Assembly (NCBI RefSeq): GCF_964355755.1
Contig: NC_092679.1
Coordinates: 17,777,432 to 17,841,431 of the forward strand
Reading direction: 5' to 3'
Length of the DNA: 64,000 nucleotides
From: Antedon mediterranea
Lineage: Eukaryota; Animalia; Echinodermata
In this document: positions 51,262 to 62,000 of the stretch, piece by piece
Layout of the letters: every line of letters begins with the position of its first letter
Numbering within the stretch: the stretch's first letter is position 1
The notes under the pieces: generated by a model
Databases searched by the model: none
Told to the model about the DNA's origin: nothing
What the model saw: only the letters and a program-made list of their open reading frames with translations
Position numbers and translations under genes: made by a program

Positions 51262-51947
51262 ATTTAAACATGCAACAATTATTTGAATTTAAAATAATGT
51301 AAATATATTTATAATAAATTATTTTAAAATGTTGAATGTTTTTGACAATCTAAAGTATGAGTAATCTAATACATTTTGAACTGTTTATTACAAAAATAAC
51401 AAATTTTTTTTTTGAATCAAATTTTTTCAAACAGGTCATTTTATTTACACAGCTTATTTTTCTAACCAGCCTACTGTGTTGGTTAATAATTGACTAGTTC
51501 ATTTTCTAGGTAACAATAACAAAGTCGTGATGCTCATAAACATACATCTCATATTTTGTGTTTTCATAAATTATCCTGGTGGTAGAAACTACTACAGGGC
51601 ACAAAAATATAGTACATTGTGCACTGTACATGTAAATGGCATACCAAAACATACATTGTGGTTTGTGTGACTGGCATTGTGTTATTGTTATGATAATAAG
51701 CATATTTACCACAATAAGATAATTATTATTAATATTGTGCTTCCATTTGTAATATACAAAATCCATACAGATAAATATATTTTTGTACATTAGTATATAC
51801 TGTAGTAATAACATCAGACACTGTCTGTAAATGAATTAGAAAAAACTTGTTAGTTAAGAAGTTGCACCAATGCATTGCTAAATGTTTATTTCTTTTTGGT
51901 AGACTTAACATTGAAATAGCATAGTGTACCTCCTGCACAGTTTCTTA

Positions 51948-52266
51948 AGCTTGGTTCCCACTAGCGACGCAACGCAACCGACGCAACATAATGAAATTCC
52001 CTTCCAATAATTGTGTTTGTCCCCGCCTACGTGAAATCAAACTTGCTTGTTGCGCGTCAACGTCAGTTGCCGTAGATTTAACTTGTTCACCCCGCGTACT
52101 TTTGAGTATGCACTGTACTATGTTTTCCAGTGTTCTTTTGCCTTGCATTGTTGCATGAAATCAAACTGATTTGATTTCCCGTAGCGATGTTTTCCCATTG
52201 GTGATTATGCAATACAGCACTTTACGTCGATACGGCACTGCGTTGCATTCTAATGGGAACCACGCT
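51948..52266. mobile_element. MITE family B, long variant
   Basis: AGCTTGGTTCCCACTAGCGACGCAACGCA ... TGCGTTGCATTCTAATGGGAACCACGCT, TWA flanks. Confidence 0.75.
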
Positions 52267-52879
52267 TTAAGAATACATTACATACATAGGTTGGCCATAC
52301 AGGCCATATGATTTAGCATGCGTAACAATGCGTATTTTAGTCTTCACGCAAGTGCGTGAAATGTGGCAACTGCATGCCTGGAAATGGAATGCATTGCCAT
52401 GCATGACCAAAGTGTGTTCAATTTGACAATGGGGCATTATTTAGTCTGTTACCTATTGTTGATGTATTGTTATAATGCACTTGTAAGGCTTAATGTAATT
52501 TGCCAATTGCCAGCTCATTATATTGTGTGGCGTACCTTCTTGCATAAATGATGGAAATTTTTAAATTCTTTCCATTTAAAAGAATTCAAAAAGTTGCGTG
52601 GGATTTGAAATAACTTAATACAACATTTGTCAAGGTTGTATCCAAGTCGCCTACAACTTTATATCTATGGGATTATAATGCAATTTATAATAGATAGGTT
52701 TTAATGGTAGATACACATCACTGATTCTTCTTTCTTCTCTCACTTGATTGCTTTAAATATTGAGTATTTCAGATAATTTATAAATACAAATCATATATAA
52801 TAGATATATAAGTGCTTTGCCATGTATACGTTGGCTAGGAGGTTGTGGATTGTGTGTGGCAGGAGAGTTTAACCACATA

Positions 52880-53058
52880 AGCGTGGTTCCCACTAGCGAC
52901 GCAACACAAGGACGTAACGCAACGCAAGTGAATTGACCAATCACAAGCGATTGCTTTTTCGCTTGTGATTGCTAACTGTCTATAACTTCGCTTGTCATTG
53001 GTTAAAACGCTTGCGTTGCGTTTACGTCCTTGCGTTACGATCTAGTGGGAGCCAAGCA
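52880..53058. mobile_element. MITE family B copy
   Basis: AGCGTGGTTCCCACTAGCGACGCAAC ... TTGCGTTACGATCTAGTGGGAGCCAAGC. Half copies lie at 24587-24637 and 58422-58507. Confidence 0.8.
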
Positions 53059-53977
53059 TTAGCAAAAAAATAGTGCACCACTTAAATAATTTTTTTCCAT
53101 TTCTGTCCCAAAACTGTATTGTTCTGTAGATATGCTTTGGTTTGATATTCTGATTTTAGAAAATTAAATTTCATCTTAAATGGGTAATTAAACTAGGAAA
53201 ATATATTTTCAATTATTTTAATTTGTAGCATTAAACAATTTTATTTATTTATTTTATCAACATTTAGGTGGTTACAAAGGCAATTTTGTGACTAAGATTC
53301 TATAAATCAGATTTTTTAATGATTTTAAATATGTAAATAATTTAATTTTAACAACTCGTTTTGTGTATGATTCAACTCAATAGAGCATACTGCCAATGAT
53401 AACATTATTTTAAATTATAATTTTTTTATATTTTTGTTAAATTTTGTATTGGTATCACCATCAACCAACATTAATGATAATCATGTTTTTATGTTAATAA
53501 CTTAGATATCATGGCAAAATTATTTTACTTCAGTTACTGAAGTAACTGAATTTGGTGCTGCAGTAATGTGTATTAAGTTTGTGTAGACGTTTATTAGGAA
53601 GTCTCTGTTAATTGTCACAAATACACTGGTACAACTTTTGTTTGTCAAGAGAGGTTTACCAGTTGACAAACTATAAAGGAAAAAAAGTTTGCAGACGTTT
53701 TTTAATTCCGGGGATTTGCCTTTGTTTACTTATGCAAAACCATTTTTGTTATAAATTATCAACATGTTATATTACTAAGACTAGCATGGATGGCTTGATC
53801 TATAGTAATCTTTACTATAAGCATAGTTAAATACCATTCAACTTTATAATCTCGCTGTAAGAATGTTAAAACCTGCATTACTGCTACGGTGATTTCTAAT
53901 TGTCTACTCGTACAATCACTTTTGTTTTCTTTTGTCATTTTCAACCCTGAAGAAAGCTTTTGACTTCTCGACTTTCT

Positions 53978-54210
53978 TTTAATGCATGAAGGTCATTTAC
54001 ACACAAAAAAGCGAATTTAAATAAGCTTTATTTATAAAAACAGTTGTAGATAATTCACTATTTTGTATGGTTTGTTTCTGCTTGCTTTATTTCTGCTCTT
54101 TTTTTCACTATCTTTAATGCATGAAAGTCATTTAAACACACAAAATAGCAAAATAGAAGAACCTTTATGTAAAAGAAAAACAGTTTTTACTGGCAGATAA
54201 TTCACTATTT
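53978..54210. repeat. Diverged direct repeat, 2 copies
   Basis: TTTAATGCATGAA-GTCATTTA...AGATAATTCACTATTTT occurs twice. Confidence 0.7.
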
Positions 54211-55261
54211 TATCACTTTCAAGTGCAACATTTACATATATAACAAAATAAAAACATGATTTGCAGATGCATTATTATAGAAAAGAATAAGATTTACTGA
54301 TAAAAATATTAATACTTTGGTTATTAACTTTGTGATTGGTTCTTCAAACTTAGCAATAGTACAGTATGTGAGTTAAAAGGTTTGTCCAAACTTACCTGAA
54401 TTGTATTAATATTAATTCGTATTTTAAGCCAAAATGTTTTGAAACTTTTGTATCTTTGTCAATGCTTTGGTGATTCGGTATTTTTAATCGAACTTTTCAT
54501 AAATAAATGCCATAAGATAATTAATATTTTGTATAAGTATATTTGTTTAGATAATGTTTATTTCTTCGTGCATGTGGTGGATCGTCGTCCATCATTGTTC
54601 AGACACGTAAGTATGACGATCTATTACCGACACACGGAAAGTTTCCAACATGGTACTACTATTGGAGTACTTTAAGTTAGAACGCCTTCTTTAGAACACT
54701 TCGGGGCCATTTGAAATTAATAGTTTTTCCTTCTTAATGATAATACTACTGACCGCCAACTCCTAATTATTCAGGGGACACCCTTGCAAAGGGGATACTT
54801 TTGGGCCCCAAAGCTGTCCCCTTAATAGGAGTTACAATATCTGAAAATAGTTCATTTTGAGAGTAAACTTATGGTCGTAAGGCTTGCTAGTACGTGTTTA
54901 CTTGGGCAATGATACATCTATCTCGAGTTTGTTATTAATTCTTGTTGCATTTTTGCCTAGTATCTCGCTACTTTGACGCCATTAGAAGCTTGTGTCCTGA
55001 GTATTTTGAAAGTTAGAAACTAACTGTAAACTACACCGATGTAAGTACAATTCTTTTTTTTTATCTACTGGACACATACTTCGAAATTTCCTACAGCTCT
55101 AATAAACCATTTAAGTCATGAAACTTGAATTAGTCTAACAATACGTTGTTTCCAATTAGTTATCCATTAAACGCAACAACAATGTATTCTTATTTTATTT
55201 TGACGATTTCGGCAATGTGCATTTTTATTTTTCTTTAAATTTGCAGGCCTACTGCTTATCT

Positions 55262-55445
55262 TAAACGTTCCACAACCCAGGAGCAAACTTTCCCACAACC
55301 TCGGGAAATAGGACTATATGTGCTTTTGAAAAAGAAATGTATATGCATTTAATGTAGTTATTTGAAACGTTCCACAACCCAGATGCAAACTTTCCCACAA
55401 CCCGGGGAAAATTGGTGCTTTTGAACACGAAATGTATAGGCATTT
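55262..55445. repeat. Direct repeat, 2 copies, period about 102 bp
   Basis: AAACGTTCCACAACCCAG-AGCAAACTTTCCCACAACC occurs twice, each followed by GTGCTTTTGAA. Confidence 0.8.
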
Positions 55446-55951
55446 AATATAGTATCGAAAATAATACATTCGGATGAGCCGATATCATCAACAGATAACC
55501 TATGAGGAAATAAGATCAGCAAATACCCATGTTCGTTAGCTCAATATCCTGTTAAACATCCCCGGGTTGTTAGAAGAACATAGCATTAGAAAGAAAATGT
55601 TAGGCCTACGAAGAACCACGGAGGACATTAATACAAATGTAGTATGTCCCTACAGCACCTAAATGTCCACCGAACGGGTGGTTCGCGGCTCATTCTTAGC
55701 AGGGTACCTTGTTGTGGTTATTAAATATTTATAAATATTGATTGTTTAGCCTATTACAGTAATGTTATTGTTCGTGCCAATATAATAATTGTATTCTCTT
55801 TCGTTGCAATGAAACTAGAAGTTATTATATTTTTGAATGGCATGTCCAGTAATCGAATTAAATAATAAAAGTGACTCTAACCCCCTGGCTATATTATCTA
55901 TTATTTTTATTCACAAGTTTCAGCGAAAAGACAATACAAATCGTAGTGGTT

Positions 55952-55965
55952 TCGCGCATGCGCGA
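55952..55965. promoter_or_regulatory. NRF1/EWG/P3A2-type palindromic site in the putative SLC6 exon 1a promoter
   Basis: TCGCGCATGCGCGA matches YGCGCAYGCGCR, about 90 nt upstream of ATG 56051, in locally CpG-rich DNA. Confidence 0.5.
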
Positions 55966-56050
55966 GCATTTTTGTACTTTACTGATAAACCGCGAACATC
56001 TGTACGTACTATTCATTCTTGGGTGTACTATTAAAGGTAGGCCTACGAAC

Positions 56051-56246
56051 ATGGATCAGACCGGAAAATACGCTCAAGTAAAGCGATCTGAATCAGAAAA
56101 TGCAACCGAAGCTACTGGTGGTGTTAAGTTAAATCCTCGTGGAAAGTGGATAGGAAGACTTGACTTTTTGCTATCTTTGATTGGCTTTTCTGTTGGACTT
56201 GGTAACGTTTGGCGATTCCCGTACCTCGCGTATAAGAACGGAGGCG
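56051..56246 (+). CDS. Alternative (duplicated) first coding exon 1a of the SLC6 transporter, encoding the N-terminus and TM1
   Basis: ATG at 56051, open frame [10 protein letters not shown]...[36 protein letters not shown], then a phase-1 donor G|GTAAGA. This is the same position and phase as the exon 1b donor and is compatible with the exon 2 acceptor at 59621. No separate exon 2 was found between 56247 and 59058. Confidence 0.85.
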
Positions 56247-57114
56247 GTAAGATTGTGTTTATTTCGAAGGTTTTCTGCCATTTGTAGTTGCTGCAAAGTT
56301 CAGCTGTCAGTGACTCGTTGTTTTTTTTTATATATACACAATTTGTTTTGTTTGTGAAGTTAGTTCAGGTGTCTTGCATGTAAAAAATACTACAGCTTGC
56401 GGGGTGTTTTTGTTTCAATTCTGTATACTGTAGTAGTCGGTACAATTAAGTCAGAGTTGGGCTAACACTTTCCTACCATTTCGATTGGGGTTTTTTTTTT
56501 TTTACGTAGGAGTTGCGGAGATGACAGGCGGATTTTTCGTACATAAGTTTTAGTCTACTTCGTAGCATTATTATACTAATACGGGGGTCACGACTTCAAT
56601 GAACTTACTGTGATCTCGTTCCACCCATATGTTATATACTGTACACGTATGTATGTTTAAATGCATTTAAATGAATGGAAAATAAACGAAACGAAACTCT
56701 TTATGTGAAAGATAGCCGATACTTCCCAAATTTATGCAAGCAACTTTTAGTAAGCTAGAGGTCCGACGGAAATAAAATATATTCAGACCAATGCCGACGT
56801 TATTACCGGGATGGCTTGATGTGACCAATAATATGTATAAAATAAATTTGGCTATTAATATTGCAATAAATATCCTCTATTCATCATATTTCAGAATAAC
56901 ACCACAACGTTTGTTAAAATAGAAAGGATTTTAACTTTACAAAAAGATTATGTAGGCCTAAACAATAGTAAAGTAAGTTACGCTAAATAACCTTTACGAT
57001 TTAACATTATTAATGGATAAAAAGGAATTGATATTCAGAAAATGGTTTATGAGCTTACGTATAATTAAAATATAACCTACGCATGCTACGCACGCCGCTG
57101 GCCTATATTCTGAT

Positions 57115-57260
57115 TTATACTGATGAAGGGCTAGTGTTGCCCGAAAGCTCTGCTAACTTTTCTGGCTGTTTCACTTTATCGTTTTGATTTAGCTTTTCGC
57201 TTTTTTTTTGTATCTCCATTGATATCCAGCCACTGATACCCACACCATTGGTTTTAGTGT
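57115..57260 (+). mobile_element. Penelope-like element pseudo-LTR fragment with minimal type I hammerhead ribozyme (core 57120-57150)
   Basis: CTGATGA-A-GGGC-TAGTGTT-GCCC-GAAA-GC-TC gives the canonical CUGAUGA and GAAA boxes, a 4-bp stem II, a palindromic AGCT stem III and a UC cleavage site. It is followed by a T-rich tail of the kind seen in PLE pLTRs. Stem I pairing is weak. Confidence 0.7.
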
Positions 57261-59058
57261 TAAAACATGTTGCCAATTACAGTCGGTTTTGTTTAGTATA
57301 TTTAATGAGGGTGATCCATCTAACAATTGCTGATCATTAGGGTTAGACACAAGATGCTCTACATCAACAAAGTCTTATTAAAAGTCTTTGGGAATGGAGT
57401 TGTAATTTTGTTCTGACATGTGACGGGACTTGAACCCAGAGGATCCTTGGAGTGGTAGCCAAGCATCATAACCACCAAGGAGGAAAGTGGCCCTTTAATA
57501 GGGTGTCCCAATAAAGGGATTCTACTGAGTATTCCATGATATATTTACCGTTGTTTTACCACCCTCCCTGGATCTTTACACTGAGGCGTAACCGTGGTAG
57601 AACATTTACAATGGTGCTCGCGATTAAATTAACAAAAAAACGGGGTTTAGAAAATCTGTTTTCAGCAGCAGTCTCTGCCTTTGTAGTACGGTAGCCTAGT
57701 AGTTAAATACAGTGTACTTTGCTATCATAGAATTCGTTTTCATTGACAAAATACAAAGAGTTTCTTTCGCGATTCTGATTTAGCCTACGCTTTTTATTGT
57801 TATTCTTTATCTTTCTGGCTTTGGTACTTTTCAATGAACGTTACAGTACAAAATTCCGAGTGTTTTTTATCTGGCAAAATTAAAGTTAGGCCTACTTTGG
57901 AATTAGTCATGGTTGTCATTGTGGACATGGTAGGCCTACAATGCGAGATCATGCTGCGTGTTGCATGTTGTAATGACCCAGTTTATAACAAATAAACATA
58001 ATACTAATTAAACTATTAATCCTAAATATTCGTTTATATACATAAATCAATGATCAGTGATTCGTAAATAGCGACAGACTCTACTTTTTGTCCAACGATA
58101 TGTCCCCTATATAGACTTTGTACTTGTTAATCAACGAGGCGACCTCGTTACTCCTACCGTAAATCTTCTAATTGTAACCTTCTTTGATTGTTTTTAGGGG
58201 GGTTACTATTAGAGTAGTGGGTTACTATTACTAATCTTAAATTAGGCACTTGAAAATAGTAACCCACCCCAGCTTTTCCGGTCATCAACTCCTAGCAAGA
58301 TCAACATACAGTATCTCCTTATTTTCAAAATACTGCTGCATCATAAGTTTTTGTGGGTTATTATTATAGATTGACTTTAAGGTGGGTTATTAGAAGGGGG
58401 TTACTATTAGAGTGTGTATTAGCAATCACAAGCGAATAAGCCGTGATTGGTTAAAACACTTGCGTTGCGTTTACGTCCTTGCGTTACGTTCTAGTGGGAA
58501 CCAAGCTTTACAGACACTCTGCGCGCCGCGGAGAATATGTACATGGTACAGTACAGTTGGTATTTGTCGCAGCCAATCATACGATCAAAGGACGATTACG
58601 AGTTCATATCTTGACAAGGCGAGTTCAGTGTCCACTTTTAGATTTCCTTGGTGTATCCACCGGTCTCGATCTCTCCCCTTCCATTCAGTTAAACCTTATA
58701 TCCAGGGCAGTGAAATACACTGTAGGCGCGCCTCCTACACTGCCCTGGATATAAGGTTTACTGTAACTGAATGGAAGGGTAAGCTTATTATGTAATCACA
58801 GTCTATGATCCAATATGATATGCTTTCCTGATGCCATTATACCACAGTAGCCCTAATCAATCATTATAGGCTAATTTAACCACGATCTTCAAATACGGTA
58901 GGACTATATACTCCACCACCTTACTGTAAACATTAGGTTCGTTTTAATAGTGAGTTTGCAAACATTATAAACTTTTAAGACATGATGATTGCTCAATCAT
59001 TCTGTTCGGTCGCCTCGTCGATTAACTAGGCCTAATTGATTGAAGCCCAATTGATATT

Positions 59059-62000
59059 ATGAAGACGGATAAAGAAATAATTGTAGATAATGAAAAGAAA
59101 ACCACGTCGGATGATGGTTTAAATGAGAGGGGTACATGGTCTGGTAAACTTGACTTTATCTTATCTTTAATCGGATTCTCCGTCGGATTAGGAAATGTAT
59201 GGCGATTTCCATACCTGTGCTACAAAAATGGCGGAGGTAAGTTTTGCACAGAATATAAAATTGTCGGAAATTACAAATTACTATAGGCCTAGTCAGACTG
59301 CATTATACTGATTATTGTTGAAAAGAAATTTTGTCATTCATATACTATGAATAATTTATTTCTGCATCACTTACCACGAAAGAAAGCTGCCGGTAAACTT
59401 GAAACCACACAGTTTAATTACGACGAAACAGGAAGTGGAAGTAAAACTTACAACCTCTATTCGGGGGACAAATATGGTAGTGATATGCTTAAATATGGTA
59501 GTGACATGCTTAAATATGGTAGTGATATGAAATCATGTCCATGTATGTAAAACTTAAAGTAAACTAAAACTTAAACTTAAACAAAACTTAAACTAATGTG
59601 TTTTCTTTTTTCCTAATTAGGTGCTTTCCTAATTCCATATTTCATCTGCCTAATTGTTGGAGCTATCCCATTGGTTTTCTTGGAGATTGGTATTGGACAG
59701 TATACATCTCAAGCGGGAATTTCATGCTGGACAATATGTCCGATTTTCAAAGGTAAACAAAATGATAACCAAATATAAAGTTTGTATTATCTGAAGGTAC
59801 CTTGTAAACATTATTACTGTACTTACTGCAGCAGTATGAGTTTTTTATATAGGCAATCCACACGGTCAGCAACTGCCTCGTAAACTTCTACATTAAAAGG
59901 TTATTATTGCAGTAAATGTAGTTACTGCAGTAAAATACAGTAATCAGTTAAGTTGTTCGAACTCAATACTTGTACATCATAATTTTGTATATAATCATTT
60001 ATACTGTTATAACTTTATTGACTTGTGCTTATAAAAATACGTGTATTACCAATATGGTTGTCGTGAACCTATTACAACGTCATCATAAATCAAGTTATAT
60101 CTGAAAATCATTTATAATGTTATAAAATTATAAAATTTTGCTTATATAAATACTAGGTATTGGTGTAGCCAATATGGTCGTCGTGCAGTTCGTCAACTAC
60201 TATTACAACGTCATCATAGCATGGGCTCTGTTCTACATGTTCAACTCATTTTCCAGTGTTTTACCGTGGTCGAACTGTAATAATGAATGGAACACCAAGT
60301 ACTGCACTACCGTCGATGATTTCGTCGACGCCGGCACGCGTAACTACACTAACCGATACATCGGCGGCGAATGGTACAACGGTACAGTTTACGATGGGAA
60401 GATCAATGGAACTAAACTGGTACCCGCTGCTATTGAATTTTGGGAGTATGTATTAATATTACATAGTTATGTCTACATTTAAAGCCTTGTTTACACTGCC
60501 AAACTATTTGAAAACTCAAACTTTGTCAATGTTTCCCAAAATTTTCCCACCACAAATACTGTAAAAACACACGTTTTTACAAGTCTACACTAGCAAACTT
60601 TGTATTTTGTTTATATGACCTAAAGGTCATCGTGTACATTTATTCAACACCATCTTTATTCAATCTGCATCATGACGTATTATCAAATCACGTGACAAAC
60701 TTTAGTTTGCAAACAAAACTTTAATAGTACCACTTATTTTTAGACACTTTAAACGCGTGCGCAGTATTATAGAATTTTCAATGACTTTACAGTCGTAAAC
60801 GTGTTTTCCAAAATTATTTATATACCTTTGCCTTGGGAACAATGCCTTATAAACTTTCTATCTTTTGTATGTACTAAAAATAACCAATAGCAAAAGCCGT
60901 ATATATTACAAAAACCGTATATTACAAAAACGCACTCACCAATCAATAATGTACTTTTCTAATTGAAAATAACACTATTTTACTATGAGACCAATTTCCT
61001 ACACCTATTACAACTTATAAATATTATGTACATAAATTAGTGTAAAGCCTGTGATACCCTCAATTCAACTTGATGTGCTGACTTTTGCCTGCAGACGTCC
61101 ATTTCCTATTTTTACTTCTTTAGTCAAGCTTAAATTGTTGACAGTAATTAGATTTAACTTTGAGAACGCACACGGTCGTTCATTTCCGGTACCCTGGATT
61201 GGACAAAATGACACGTTTTCCGAATTTGAAGAAAAAAAAATTACATAACGTACACTGTCTCCCGTACAGGCAATGAACCCCTAGTACAAATCTTTCTCAG
61301 TATTTAATATGACGTTTATTAGGCCTACATTACGTAATTATATTAATCAATCACGCATAACGGAGTGTAACTAGCGCCATCATAGTATAAGTGAGAACGG
61401 TCGTTTCAATCCATCACCTGGTTGAAAACTTTCTCCGTATTTATGCCATATATGCATTACGTCATTATATTAATCAATCGCGCATAACGGAGTGTAACTA
61501 GCGCCATCACATCACGCCAAGTGTGTACGGTCGTTTCAATCCATCACCAGGTTTGAAATCCTTTTTCATTGCATTTTTTTAAAGCCATGCTCTCTCGATT
61601 GTTATTTCGACCCTACCATTTTCTTGCGAGACGCCAATGCACGTATTAATTATTGAATGAATATATCTTACAGGCGTAATGTACTCAAGATTCACCTGTC
61701 CAAAGGCTTCGATGATCCGGCTGGTATGAATTGGCAAATGGTTGGCTGTCTTGCACTAGCCTGGGTCATTATTTATTTCTGTATTTGGAAAGGAGTCAAA
61801 AGTACCGGAAAGGTAACTTAATTATGCTAAAACTTGCTTGTTTTTATTTTAACCAAACATTAATTAGTGCGAATGCCGAACAACCGATTCGAATTATCAA
61901 ATTATCCTATGGAAATTAATCTAGCCGACACCAACACGATATAGGAGAACCTAAATCTGCACTAAGCCTGATTTCACTTTGGAAGCAACACAGTGTGTAC

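Noticed and set aside
51420-51940. Possible 3' UTR of a convergent minus-strand gene (reverse AATAAA near 51440, strand-skewed composition)
   Set aside because: No minus-strand coding exons were found upstream within the window; the signal is too common in AT-rich DNA to support a call.
55871-56050. N-terminal extension of the SLC6 1a ORF from a GTG start
   Set aside because: Prokaryote-style start call; the first in-frame ATG giving a normal SLC6 tail length is 56051. An upstream in-frame ATG near 55958 lies in the NRF1-like site and cannot be fully excluded.
58412-58795. ORFs of 127 aa and 91 aa
   Set aside because: Made of a MITE B half plus a hairpin; no protein features.
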